Assembly: GCA_035519135.1 (NCBI GenBank)
Contig: DATIWX010000044.1
Location: 39,270 to 103,269 of the forward strand
DNA from: Burkholderiales bacterium
GTDB taxonomy: Bacteria > Pseudomonadota > Gammaproteobacteria > Burkholderiales > SG8-39
Direction: 5' to 3'
DNA length: 64,000 nt
This document shows, one piece after another, positions 1-10,975 of this stretch. Every line of letters begins with the position of its first letter. The first letter of the stretch is position 1. The notes below the pieces were generated by a model that worked only from the letters and a program-made list of their open reading frames with translations, made no database searches and was not told the DNA's origin. Position numbers and translations under genes: made by a program.

Positions 1-362
1 GTGCGAGGGTAGACCCGCAGCTGGTGCTGGCGGTAATCCAGGTCGAGAGCAACTTCCGGAAGTACGCGGTTTCGCCCTCCGGCGCCCGGGGCTACATGCA
101 GGTCATGCCGTTCTGGGTGGGGTTGATCGGCCGGCCGGGCGACAACCTCTTCAGCCTGCGCAACAACCTGCGCTACGGCTGCGTCATCCTCAAGTACTAC
201 ATCGACGCGGAGAAAGGAAACCTGCAGCGCGCGCTGGCGCGCTACAACGGCTCACTGGGCAGGTCCGACTATCCCAACCTGGTGATCGGAGCCTGGCGCA
301 GTACCTGGCACTACCAGGGCAGACTGACCTACCTGCCCGACGCTGCGCGGGGAAGCACGTAG
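1..362 (+). CDS. Lytic transglycosylase (SLT domain), 5'-truncated by window edge
   Basis: Frame open from base 3; SLT motifs VES.F, GARGYMQVMP, ALARYNG. Confidence 0.9.
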   Translation, partial: ARVDPQLVLAVIQVESNFRKYAVSPSGARGYMQVMPFWVGLIGRPGDNLFSLRNNLRYGCVILKYYIDAEKGNLQRALARYNGSLGRSDYPNLVIGAWRSTWHYQGRLTYLPDAARGST

Positions 363-372
363 GGTCCGCCGG

Positions 373-1095
373 TCAGGCGGGAAACACCGTCGCGATCGTC
401 GCCTGAATGGCCTGCGCCGCCGCGCGCGGGTCGGGAGCCTGTCGGATGGGCCTGCCTACGACGATATAGTCGGCTCCGTTGGCGAACGCCTGCGCCACGT
501 CGACCGTGCGCTTCTGATCGTCGCTCAGGCGGTTTTCCACGGGGCGGATTCCCGGCGTCACCACCAGGAGCCGATCGCCCAGCTCTCGCTTCAGTGCCGG
601 GGCTTCCATTCCGGATGAAATCACGCCGTCGCACCCGGCCTCGAGCGCTCGCCGCGCGCGCGACAGCACCAGCTTCTCGATATCGCAGCTGAAGCCCAGA
701 TCGTCCAAGTCGCCCTGGTCCAGGCTGGTCAACGCGGTAACGGCAAGGATCTTCACCTCGCCTTTCGCCTCGCCGGCCGCCCTGAGCATCGCCTGGTTGC
801 CGTGCACGGTCGCGAAAGTGACGCCTCGGTTGCGGAGGCCTCGTACCGCAGCCGCGACGGTCTCGGGGATATCGAAGAATTTCAAGTCGGCGAAGACCTT
901 GTTCCCCCTTTTCGCCAGCCAGTCGATTAACTCGAACACGCCGCCCGCCATGAACAGCTCCAGCCCCACCTTGTAGAAGCGGACGCTGTCCCCCAAACGC
1001 TGCACCAGGGCTTTCCCCTGCTCGGTGTCCCCGACGTCGAGGGCCGCGATCAGGCGCTCCTCCCGGGGGATGCCCTTCGGAGCCCGGGCACTCAA
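373..1095 (-). CDS. pyrF: Orotidine-5'-phosphate decarboxylase
   Basis: ALD, YKVG, DLKFFDIPETV (DxKxxDIxxT), TPGIR, VVGRPI motifs. Confidence 0.97.
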   Translation of the reverse strand: MSARAPKGIPREERLIAALDVGDTEQGKALVQRLGDSVRFYKVGLELFMAGGVFELIDWLAKRGNKVFADLKFFDIPETVAAAVRGLRNRGVTFATVHGNQAMLRAAGEAKGEVKILAVTALTSLDQGDLDDLGFSCDIEKLVLSRARRALEAGCDGVISSGMEAPALKRELGDRLLVVTPGIRPVENRLSDDQKRTVDVAQAFANGADYIVVGRPIRQAPDPRAAAQAIQATIATVFPA

Positions 1096-2306
1096 GCCGT
1101 CTCTCCTTCAAGCAGGCGCCCGAGCGGAAGGCTCAGCGCTTCGTCCCTGCGGGCCGCAAATTGCGTCATGAGGTGGTCCAGGGCTTCGCTCTGCGCCCTG
1201 CCCGGCAACAGCCTGCCCTCCGGCGCGAACTCCCGATACACCTCGGTCAGCAGGAGCCGGTCCTTGTCGCACACCATCGCATACCTCTCTCCGCTCGACC
1301 TCGCGACCCAGCCGTGCGCAGCCATGCGCTCGAGCAGTTGCTCGGCCTGGTCGACCGTGAGCGACGTGCCTCTGGCGATCTTTCTCAGGTCGAGAACCTC
1401 CGGCCCCCGTTGCGCCCGAGCCAGGACCATGAGGGTCGCCAGCGCGTCGCGGAAGCCCGCGCCCGAAGCGCGCTCGGTCGCCTCGCCCAGTACCGCGTAA
1501 TCGGGCGCGAGGGCGGCAATCAGCGCGCCGATCACGATCACCACCCACGAAAGGTATATCCACAACAGAAAGACCGGGATGACCGCGAATGCGCCGTAGA
1601 CCAGCGTGTAGGTCGGGATCTGAGCGACATAAGAGGCGAAGCTCCGTTTCATGATCTCGAATACGAAAGCGGCAACCAGACCTCCAGCCAAGGCGTGGCG
1701 CGCCTTGACCGCGCGGTTCGGCACGACGTGGTAGAGCAGCGTGAACGCCGCCCAGGTCAGCACAAAAGGGACAAACCACAGAATGGCCGTACCCGCGAGG
1801 GGCGTATCACGGGTAAGGCCCAGAGAGGCACCGACCAGATAAGAAGTGAGGGAAAGGCTCGCCCCGATCAGTACCGGACCCAGGGTAAGTGCCGCCCAGT
1901 AGACCAGGATGCGCTGCGCTACGGGTCGCGGGCGCGAAACCCGCCAGATTGAATTGAACGCGTGCTCGATGGTGAACATCATCATGAACGCCGTCACGGC
2001 GAGGAACGCCGTGCCGAATGCGGTCAAGCGCCCGGCCCGGCCCGTGAACTGCTCGATGTACCCGCTCACCACCTTGCCCGCCGTTTCCGGCAGCATGTTG
2101 GCGAGCAGGAACGCGCGGATCTGCTCTCCGAGTCCCGAGAAGACAGGGAACGCGGACAGGAGCGTGAGCATGATGGTGACGAGCGGCACGAGCGCGAGCA
2201 GGGTCGTGAACGTCAGGCTCGACGCGATCTGCAGGCAACGGTCCTGGTTGAAGCGGCGGGACAGGTGCGCGAGAAACCGGCCGAGCTGTCGCAGCTTCGA
2301 GCTCAT
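1092..2306 (-). CDS. YihY/BrkB family inner membrane protein with C-terminal winged-helix-like extension
   Basis: ASSLTFTTLLALVP, AFNSIW, YGAFAVIPVFLLWIYLSW motifs; start 2306 or 2315; stop overlaps pyrF start. Confidence 0.88.
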   Translation of the reverse strand: MSSKLRQLGRFLAHLSRRFNQDRCLQIASSLTFTTLLALVPLVTIMLTLLSAFPVFSGLGEQIRAFLLANMLPETAGKVVSGYIEQFTGRAGRLTAFGTAFLAVTAFMMMFTIEHAFNSIWRVSRPRPVAQRILVYWAALTLGPVLIGASLSLTSYLVGASLGLTRDTPLAGTAILWFVPFVLTWAAFTLLYHVVPNRAVKARHALAGGLVAAFVFEIMKRSFASYVAQIPTYTLVYGAFAVIPVFLLWIYLSWVVIVIGALIAALAPDYAVLGEATERASGAGFRDALATLMVLARAQRGPEVLDLRKIARGTSLTVDQAEQLLERMAAHGWVARSSGERYAMVCDKDRLLLTEVYREFAPEGRLLPGRAQSEALDHLMTQFAARRDEALSLPLGRLLEGETA

Positions 2307-2343
2307 GGGGCGCATTCTACGAGAACGCGCACGCGGATAGGAT

Positions 2344-3879
2344 TCAGCGTTGCGGGTTGATCCTCTGCATCTTGTCCTGAAGCCTGTTCAGGGCGTTGAC
2401 GTAAGCTTTCGCCGACGCCACGACGATATCCGTATCGGACCCCACTCCGTTGACGACCCTCCCGCCCTTCGCGAGCCGCACCGTAACCTCTCCTTGTGAC
2501 TCGGTGCCCTGCGTGACCGCGTTCACCGAGTACAGCTGGAGCTCCGCGCCGCTGGCCGCCAGGCTCTCGATCGCTTTGAAGGTCGCGTCCACCGGACCAT
2601 CCCCTTCGGACGCGGCAGGATGCTCCGATCCCGCCTCGGCCAGAACGACGCTTGCCCGAGGGCGCTTGCTGGTGCCGCTCTCCTGCTGCAGAGATACGAG
2701 CTTCCAGCGCTCCGCTGCCATGGCGTCGGCCTCGTCGGACACCAGCGCCTGGAGGTCTTCGTCGAAAATCTCGTGCTTCTTGTCGGCGAGCTCCTTGAAT
2801 CGCTGAAAGGCCTTGTTATAGGCCTCGTCCGACTCCAGGTCGATACCGAGCTCCTTGAGCCGTTGCTTGAAGGCGCTGCGCCCGGAGTGCTTGCCGAGCA
2901 CCAGCTTGTTCGCCGCCCAGCCCACGTCCTGCGCGCGCATGATCTCGTAGGTTTCCCGGCTCTTTAGCACTCCGTCCTGGTGAATGCCGGCTTCGTGCGC
3001 AAACGCGTTCGCGCCGACGATCGCCTTGTTGGGCTGCACCGGAAAGCCGGTGATCCCCGAGACCAGGCGACTCGCCGGAACGATCTGGGTGCTGTCCAGG
3101 CGCGTGTCGCAGGGGAACACGTCCTGCCGCGTGCGCACGGCCATGACGATTTCCTCGAGGGAGGCGTTGCCGGCCCGCTCGCCGAGGCCGTTCACCGTGC
3201 ACTCGACCTGACGCGCGCCGTTCATGACAGCGGCGAGGGAATTCGCCACCGCCAGCCCGAGATCGTTGTGGCAGTGCACCGACCAGACCGCCTTGTCGGA
3301 GTTCGGGACGCGCTCGCGCAGGCGAGCGATGAGAGACCCGAACTGCTCGGGCATGGTGTATCCCACGGTGTCGGGAATGTTGACGGTCTTCGCGCCCTCG
3401 CGGATCACCGCCTCGAGAATGCGGCACAGAAAATCGAACTCCGAGCGCCCTGCGTCCTCCGGCGAGAACTCGATATCGTCAGTGAACTTGCGCGCGAAGC
3501 GCACCGCGTTGACGGCCTCGGCGAAAACCTGGTCAGGAGTCATGCGCAACTTCTTCTCCATGTGGATCGGCGAGGTCGCTATGAACGTATGGATTCGTCC
3601 CTGCTTCGCCGGCTCGATCGCCTCCGCCGCACGCTTGATGTCGCGGTCATTCGCGCGGGCGAGGGAGCACACCGTGCTGTCCTTGACGATGCCCGCCACG
3701 GCGCGCACCGCCTCGAAGTCCCCGGGGCTGGAGGCTGCAAAGCCGGCTTCGATCACGTCCACTCGCATGCGCTCGAGCTGCCGCGCGATCCGCAATTTCT
3801 CCTCCTTGGTCATGGATGCGCCGGGGCTCTGTTCGCCGTCGCGCATAGTGGTGTCGAATATGATCAATTGTTCCTTCAT
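2344..3879 (-). CDS. leuA: 2-isopropylmalate synthase
   Basis: [36 protein letters not shown] and C-terminal regulatory domain; ATG 3879 with GGAG upstream preferred to TTG 3897. Confidence 0.97.
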   Translation of the reverse strand: MKEQLIIFDTTMRDGEQSPGASMTKEEKLRIARQLERMRVDVIEAGFAASSPGDFEAVRAVAGIVKDSTVCSLARANDRDIKRAAEAIEPAKQGRIHTFIATSPIHMEKKLRMTPDQVFAEAVNAVRFARKFTDDIEFSPEDAGRSEFDFLCRILEAVIREGAKTVNIPDTVGYTMPEQFGSLIARLRERVPNSDKAVWSVHCHNDLGLAVANSLAAVMNGARQVECTVNGLGERAGNASLEEIVMAVRTRQDVFPCDTRLDSTQIVPASRLVSGITGFPVQPNKAIVGANAFAHEAGIHQDGVLKSRETYEIMRAQDVGWAANKLVLGKHSGRSAFKQRLKELGIDLESDEAYNKAFQRFKELADKKHEIFDEDLQALVSDEADAMAAERWKLVSLQQESGTSKRPRASVVLAEAGSEHPAASEGDGPVDATFKAIESLAASGAELQLYSVNAVTQGTESQGEVTVRLAKGGRVVNGVGSDTDIVVASAKAYVNALNRLQDKMQRINPQR

Positions 3880-3978
3880 GGTCGTGCTCCGTGTCAAATA
3901 ACTTGCACTGAGGCTTGCAATGACTTCGCCGCACCTGCGGGTGCTGCGACCGGGTACTGCCGAATGGGATTGGAGTAT

Positions 3979-4059
3979 TTAGCGCGCGAGGCGCAGCAGC
4001 AGGCCCGCAAGAAGCAGGCTGCCGAGGTGAAGCTTCAACGCTGTGCTGGTGTGGTGCAC
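3979..4059 (-). CDS. Putative leuA leader peptide, 26 aa (M)HHTSTALKLHLGSLLLAGLLLRLAR
   Basis: GTG..TAA mini-ORF with 10 Leu codons including two LLL runs, 99 nt upstream of leuA and directly after a sigma70-like promoter. Confidence 0.75.
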   Translation of the reverse strand: MHHTSTALKLHLGSLLLAGLLLRLAR

Positions 4060-4065
4060 GCGCGG

Positions 4066-4094
4066 AATATAGCGGGTTTGATCCCTTACTGCAA
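4066..4094 (-). promoter_or_regulatory. sigma70-type promoter for leader-leuA transcript
   Basis: TTGCAG-N17-TATATT on minus strand, -10 ends 6 nt before the leader GTG. Confidence 0.6.
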
Positions 4095-4859
4095 CTGGGG
4101 GGGCGGCTTGGCGGGCCGGCGCTTCTTCCAGACCCAGTAGACGTAGCCGGACAGGCCATAAGCCACGAACAGCAGAAACAGCACGATCGGGGGATCGAAC
4201 GAAATCAGCACAAAGCCGAGGACGACCAGGAAGATCACGGTGAAAGGCACAGAACGCCGTAGGTTGATGTCCTTGAAGCTGTAGAAGGGGACATTGCTTA
4301 CCATCGTGAGCCCGGCGTACAAGGTAATGAACGCCGCTACCCACGGCAGTCCGTAGTCGTCGACCGGGATCTTGTTGTCGCTCGCGAGCCACAGAAATCC
4401 GGCCACCAGAGCCGCAGCAGCGGGGCTGGGCAGCCCCTGAAAGAAACGCTTGTCCACTACCTCGATATTGGTGTTGAAGCGGGCGAGGCGGAGCGCCGCG
4501 CCGGCGCAGTAGACGAAGGCTGCAATCCACCCGAAGCGCCCCAAGTCCTTGAGGGCCCACTCGTAGATGCACAGAGCCGGAGCTGCGCCGAAGCACACCA
4601 TGTCGGACAACGAGTCGTACTCAGCACCGAAGGCGCTCTGGGTGCGCGTGAGGCGCGCGACGCGACCGTCCAGGGTATCGAGGACCATCGCGACAAAGAT
4701 CGCGACGGCAGCGTTGTCGAATCGTTGGTTCATCGCCATCACGATGGCGTAGAAGCCGGCGAAAAGCGCCGCGGTCGTGAAGATATTGGGCAGCAGGTAG
4801 ATCCCGCGGCGGCGGATCTCGGTGTTCAGCAGGGGCTTGCGGAATTCGGGCTCAACCAT
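4086..4859 (-). CDS. pssA: CDP-diacylglycerol--serine O-phosphatidyltransferase
   Basis: CDP-alcohol phosphotransferase motif DTLDGRVAR...[23 protein letters not shown]; follows psd. Confidence 0.95.
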   Translation of the reverse strand: MVEPEFRKPLLNTEIRRRGIYLLPNIFTTAALFAGFYAIVMAMNQRFDNAAVAIFVAMVLDTLDGRVARLTRTQSAFGAEYDSLSDMVCFGAAPALCIYEWALKDLGRFGWIAAFVYCAGAALRLARFNTNIEVVDKRFFQGLPSPAAAALVAGFLWLASDNKIPVDDYGLPWVAAFITLYAGLTMVSNVPFYSFKDINLRRSVPFTVIFLVVLGFVLISFDPPIVLFLLFVAYGLSGYVYWVWKKRRPAKPPPQLQ

Positions 4860-5505
4860 GATTCGACAGCGTGGCAATCACTGAGCTGCTTGCGTAGACC
4901 TTGTCTCCGAGCGCAGCGACCGGCCTCGCGCTCTTGGGCACGTAGATATCGACGCGAGAGCCGAAGCGAATGAAACCGAACCTCTGCCCCCTCGCGAGCG
5001 CGTCGCCTTCGCCGACGTAGCAGAGTATGCGCCTCGCAATCAGGCCCGCGACCTGCACGCAGGTGACGTCGGCACCCGCCTCGGTCCGCAGCCAAAGCGC
5101 ATTGCGCTCGTTCTCCTCCGAGGCCTTGTCGAGGGCGGCATTGACGAACCTTCCGGGGTTGTACCAGCGCTTCTGCACCCGGCCGTCTACCGGCGAGCGG
5201 TTGGAATGGACGTTGAACACGTTCATGAACACGCTGATCTTGATCGCGTCGCGGTCGAGGTACGGATCCCGCGCCTGCCCGACCGCCACGATGCGGCCGT
5301 CCGCAGGCGAGACCACGGTGCGCGCGTCCCCCGGAACCTTTCTCGCGGGATCGCGAAAGAACTGCAGCACGAACAGCGCCGCCGCCCAGAGCGGAGCAGA
5401 CCACCATCCCGCGAACCAAGTCACGACGGCCGCGGCTGCGATCGCCGCCGCCAGAAAGGGCCAACCTTCCCGGGCGATGATGGGGTGAGGGTAGCTCGCG
5501 TTCAT
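4852..5505 (-). CDS. psd: Phosphatidylserine decarboxylase proenzyme
   Basis: [24 protein letters not shown] self-cleavage motif. Confidence 0.95.
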   Translation of the reverse strand: MNASYPHPIIAREGWPFLAAAIAAAAVVTWFAGWWSAPLWAAALFVLQFFRDPARKVPGDARTVVSPADGRIVAVGQARDPYLDRDAIKISVFMNVFNVHSNRSPVDGRVQKRWYNPGRFVNAALDKASEENERNALWLRTEAGADVTCVQVAGLIARRILCYVGEGDALARGQRFGFIRFGSRVDIYVPKSARPVAALGDKVYASSSVIATLSNHG

Positions 5506-5515
5506 TCCACGGAAG

Positions 5516-7065
<1,550 letters not shown>

Positions 7066-7074
7066 CGGTCCCTC

Positions 7075-7141
7075 GCTGAGGCCGAACCCTCGGGTGTTCT
7101 ACACCCTTCAGCGCGGTGCTCGTGGCACCGCCGGGCTCAGC
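7075..7141. repeat. Branched palindromic intergenic element (REP-like)
   Basis: Outer stem GCTGAG/CTCAGC enclosing hairpins GGGTG-ttcta-CACCC and GCGGTGC-tcgtg-GCACCGC. Confidence 0.5.
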
Positions 7142-7192
7142 TCCCTTCAGCTGTTGTTGATCAAACCCGATCGTGCGTCGGGCTCACGACCC

Positions 7193-8899
7193 CTATAGTT
7201 CCTCGGCAAGGATCATTTCCGTCAGGCCTTTGCCGCCCTGCACCATCGGATACACGTTCTCGGTCTGGTCGGTGATGAAATCCAGGAACACCAGCTCGTC
7301 CTTGCGCTTGAACGCATCGCGCAGCGCCGACTCGACGTCGGCGGGGTCCTTGATCTGTACGCCGCGGTGCCCGTAACTCTCGGCGAGCTTCACGAAATCC
7401 GGCAGCGCATCCATGTAGGACTCGGAGTAGCGGTTGCCGTGGAAGAACTGCTGCCACTGCCGCACCATCCCCATGTACTTGTTGTTGAGGTTGACGATCT
7501 TGATGGGCAGACGATATTGCTTGCAGGTGGAAAGCTCCTGTATGCACATCTGGATGCTCGCCTCCCCGGTGACGCAAGCCACGGTCGCGCCCGGATTGGC
7601 GAACTGCACACCCATCGCGGCGGGCAATCCGAATCCCATGGTCCCGAGCCCGCCAGAGTTGATCCAGCGGCGCGGCTTGTCGAACTTGTAGAACTGCGCC
7701 GCCCACATCTGGTGCTGGCCCACGTCGGAGGTCACGAAGGCTTCGCCTTTGGTGACTTCGTAGAGCCTTTCGAGCACGAACTGCGGCTTGATGATCTTGC
7801 TCTTCTTGTCGTATTTCAGGCAGTCCTTGGATTTCCACAGCCCGATCTGGGACCACCACGCGCTGAGCGCCTTCTGGTCCGGCTTGTAGCTCGCCGCCTC
7901 CAGCTGGCGGATCAATTCCTCGATGACGTCGGATACGTTACCGACGATCGGCACATCCACCTTTACCCGCTTCGAGATAGAAGACGGGTCGATGTCGATG
8001 TGGATGATCTTGCGCTGAACCCGGCCGAAGTCCTGCGGGTCGCCGATAACCCGGTCGTCGAAGCGCGCTCCCACGGCGAGGAGCACGTCGCAGTTCTGCA
8101 TCGCCATGTTTGCTTCGTACGTGCCATGCATCCCGAGCATGCCCAGGAACAGAGGGTCCGTCGCGGGGTAGCCGCCCAGCCCCATGAGCGTGTTGGTGCA
8201 CGGAAATCCAAGCATCTTCACGAGCTTGGTCAGCTGCTTGGACGCATCCGAGAGGATCACGCCACCGCCGGTGTAGACCATGGGGCGCTTGGCCTCGGTG
8301 AGCAGCTGCACGGCTTTCTTGATCTGACCCGGATGTCCCTTCACGACCGGATTGTAGGAGCGCATCGTCACGGCTTCCGGGTACTCGAAGTGGAACTTCG
8401 CCGTCGTGACGTCCTTGGGAATGTCGACGAGCACCGGGCCGGGCCTTCCGGTCTTCGCGAGGTAAAACGCCTTCTTGATCGTAACCGCGAGGTCCTTGAC
8501 GTCCTTCACCAGGAAATTGTGCTTCACGCAGGGCCGCGTGATCCCCACCGTATCGCACTCCTGAAACGCGTCCAGTCCTATTGCGTGTGTCGGCACCTGC
8601 CCCGTGATGATCACCATCGGGATCGAATCCATGTACGCGGTGGCAATTCCCGTCACCGCGTTGGTGACGCCGGGTCCTGAAGTCACCAGTGCCACGCCGA
8701 CCTTGTTGCTCGAGCGCGAGTAGCCGTCGGCGGCGTGAGTCGCGCCCTGCTCGTGCCGCACTAGGACATGCTTGACCTTGTCCTGCTTGAATAGCTCGTC
8801 GTAGATGAACAGTACTGCCCCTCCGGGGTAGCCGAAAACGTACTCGACTCCTTCGGCTTGGAGCGACCTGACGACAATCTCCGCACCCGTCAATTCCAT
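7193..8899 (-). CDS. ilvB: Acetolactate synthase large subunit (biosynthetic)
   Basis: FGYPGG, RHEQGA, TSGPG, MLGMHG, DVGQHQMW, MGMVRQWQ; start trimmed to MELTG (8899 or 8905). Confidence 0.97.
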   Translation of the reverse strand: MELTGAEIVVRSLQAEGVEYVFGYPGGAVLFIYDELFKQDKVKHVLVRHEQGATHAADGYSRSSNKVGVALVTSGPGVTNAVTGIATAYMDSIPMVIITGQVPTHAIGLDAFQECDTVGITRPCVKHNFLVKDVKDLAVTIKKAFYLAKTGRPGPVLVDIPKDVTTAKFHFEYPEAVTMRSYNPVVKGHPGQIKKAVQLLTEAKRPMVYTGGGVILSDASKQLTKLVKMLGFPCTNTLMGLGGYPATDPLFLGMLGMHGTYEANMAMQNCDVLLAVGARFDDRVIGDPQDFGRVQRKIIHIDIDPSSISKRVKVDVPIVGNVSDVIEELIRQLEAASYKPDQKALSAWWSQIGLWKSKDCLKYDKKSKIIKPQFVLERLYEVTKGEAFVTSDVGQHQMWAAQFYKFDKPRRWINSGGLGTMGFGLPAAMGVQFANPGATVACVTGEASIQMCIQELSTCKQYRLPIKIVNLNNKYMGMVRQWQQFFHGNRYSESYMDALPDFVKLAESYGHRGVQIKDPADVESALRDAFKRKDELVFLDFITDQTENVYPMVQGGKGLTEMILAEEL

Positions 8900-9044
8900 G
8901 CGCATTCCGAGCCAACTCAGTGAAGGCTTTAGAGCGTAATTGGTGACACTTGATTGGTCAAGTTTTCCCTTATATATCCCGGCTTTTGATACCATCGGGC
9001 AGCCACGGTCCGGTCATCCCGGGACCGACAAAAAAGGAAGCTCC

Positions 9045-9611
9045 CTGGCCTCCTCAAACGAACTTGCCGAGTTTCTCGCGAGCGTGGAACGGCGGGCGTA
9101 CAAGCAGGCGCTGTTCGCCGTCCGGGATTCCGAGAGCGCTCTCGACATCGTGCAGGACGCCATGCTCAAGCTGGCGGAAAAATATGGCGCCAAGCCGGCA
9201 GCGGAGCTGCCCATGCTGTTCCAGCGTATCCTGCAGAACACCATACGCGACTTCTATCGCCGGCAGAAAGTCCGATCGTTGTGGGTTACGCTGTTCTCCT
9301 CCCTTTCCGCGGGAAGGGAGGACGATGACTCCGATCCGCTTGAGACGCTCGCCGTTGCAGACCCCTCCGGATTGGGCGGAGGTCCGGCGGATCGTCTGGA
9401 GCAGTCTCAAGTGGTTGAAATAATTGAGAAAGAGCTGCAAGATCTGCCGGCTCGTCAACGGCAGGCGTTTTTGCTGCGTTACTGGGAGGAGTTGGACGTT
9501 GCCGAGACGGCAGCCGTCATGGGCTGTTCGGAAGGCAGCGTCAAAACCCATTGCTCCCGCGCAGCGCATGCACTGGCAGCAGCCCTGAGAGCAAGGGGGA
9601 TCGAGCTATGA
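9045..9611 (+). CDS. ECF RNA polymerase sigma factor
   Basis: Region 2 (ALDIVQDAMLK) and region 4 (LPARQRQAF...ETAAVMGCSEGSVKTHCSRA); probable CTG start at 9045 after AAGGAAG. Confidence 0.9.
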   Translation: MASSNELAEFLASVERRAYKQALFAVRDSESALDIVQDAMLKLAEKYGAKPAAELPMLFQRILQNTIRDFYRRQKVRSLWVTLFSSLSAGREDDDSDPLETLAVADPSGLGGGPADRLEQSQVVEIIEKELQDLPARQRQAFLLRYWEELDVAETAAVMGCSEGSVKTHCSRAAHALAAALRARGIEL

Positions 9612-9985
9612 ACGAACAGCAGACCGCGCATCGCATCAAGCAGCTCCTTAACCGGGGGCTCGATCTGGACGCCGGCAAGCTCGCCCGCCTGAAGGCGGCA
9701 CGCGAGCAGGCCTTGGCGCGCCGGCGCATCGCCTCGCCGGTATTCGTGCCGGCTTGGGCCGACAGGGCAATCGGTCGGATCGGCGGCCCCTTTTCCCTCG
9801 TTCCGCGGATGCTGCTGCCGATGGCCGTGCTGATCCTCGGGCTGATTGCCATCAACCAGTGGCGGGATTCGCAGACTGCAGCGGAGATCGAGGAAATCGA
9901 CGCCGCGGTTCTGACCGGGGACTTGCCTTTGGACGCCTATCTCGACAAGGGATTCGATGCATGGCTAAAGCGCGCCTCGCACTAG
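9608..9985 (+). CDS. DUF3619-like single-TM protein (putative anti-sigma)
   Basis: ATGA overlap with sigma stop; RLKAAREQAL, one TM, DLPLDAYLDKGFDAWL tail. Confidence 0.8.
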   Translation: MNEQQTAHRIKQLLNRGLDLDAGKLARLKAAREQALARRRIASPVFVPAWADRAIGRIGGPFSLVPRMLLPMAVLILGLIAINQWRDSQTAAEIEEIDAAVLTGDLPLDAYLDKGFDAWLKRASH

Positions 9986-10497
9986 CCCTTTGGCTCTGCC
10001 TCTCCCTCCCTGTTCTCGCCGCCGCACCCAAGAAGCCCCCCACGTGGGCTGAGTTGACGCGGGAGCAGCAGCAGGTGCTTGCGCCCCTCGCGTCCGACTG
10101 GGACAAGCTCGAGCCGGAGCGCAAGACGAAGTGGCTCGGCATCGCCAAGCGATATCCGAAGATGAAGCCCGCCCAGCAGGCGAACGTGCAAAGGCGCATG
10201 CAAGCCTGGATCAAGCTCACGCCGGAGGAGCGGCGAGCGGCGCGCGAGAGCTACAAGAAGATCGAGAAGCTGCCGCAGGCGAAGAAGGACGACCTGAAGC
10301 AGAAATGGGAGGAATACAACCGCCTGCCGGAGCAGGAGCGGCGCAAGTTGGGCAGCGCCCCGCGCAAGCCCCCAGCGGCTCCGGGCGCCCCCAAGTCGCC
10401 CAGCGAGCCTGCATCCTTGCCCACCGCCTCCCCTGCATCGCCCGAGGTCTCTCCCGCGACCGCGCCGGCCCCCGCCACAAGCTCGGCAAGCCAGTAG
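9961..10497 (+). CDS. DUF3106-like exported protein
   Basis: Signal peptide MAKARLALALWL..., repeated W..L.P..(Q/R) helices, Pro/Ala/Ser-rich tail. Confidence 0.8.
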   Translation: MAKARLALALWLCLSLPVLAAAPKKPPTWAELTREQQQVLAPLASDWDKLEPERKTKWLGIAKRYPKMKPAQQANVQRRMQAWIKLTPEERRAARESYKKIEKLPQAKKDDLKQKWEEYNRLPEQERRKLGSAPRKPPAAPGAPKSPSEPASLPTASPASPEVSPATAPAPATSSASQ

Positions 10498-10509
10498 CCG
10501 CCCCAGGCG

Positions 10510-10965
10510 ATGGAGCCGGGCGCTCGTCCCTCTCCGGGCCCAACCTTGCCGGGTATTGGCAGACGATTTCTGTCTATCCTGTACGAGGCCCTGCTTGCAT
10601 TCGCAATCGCATTTCCTGCCGGCATCGCGTTCTATGGCGCAGCCCAGGAACGCCTCGTCGGGGCGACGCGGCTGCTGTTCCAGATCTATCTATTCCTGGT
10701 CCTGGGAATCTATTTCATCGCTTGCTGGAGCCGCGGGGGGCGGACGTTGCCGATGCAGACGTGGGGGATGAAGATCGTGCGGCGCGACGGCGCTCCCGTC
10801 GGGGTGGGTCGCGCGGCCTGCCGCTATGCCCTCGCGTGGTTGTCGCTGCTATTGCTCGGCACCGGCTTCCTCTGGGCCTGGGTCGACCGCGATCGACAGT
10901 TCCTGCACGACAGGCTGGCCGGAACCCGCATCGTCTCGACCGGCGATGCGGGGGTCAAGGGCTAG
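10510..10965 (+). CDS. RDD family membrane protein
   Basis: RRFLSILYE, GRTLPMQTWG, QFLHDRLAGT. Confidence 0.88.
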   Translation: MEPGARPSPGPTLPGIGRRFLSILYEALLAFAIAFPAGIAFYGAAQERLVGATRLLFQIYLFLVLGIYFIACWSRGGRTLPMQTWGMKIVRRDGAPVGVGRAACRYALAWLSLLLLGTGFLWAWVDRDRQFLHDRLAGTRIVSTGDAGVKG

Positions 10966-10975
10966 GCCCTGCGCT

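Noticed and set aside
7075..7141. tRNA call for the cloverleaf-like palindrome
   Set aside because: No T-loop TTC/D-loop consensus or proper anticodon arm
8949..8962. CTTGA-TTGG-TCAAG palindrome upstream of ilvB
   Set aside because: Half-site spacing is 2 bp shorter than the regulon box; not counted as a member, though it may bind another factor
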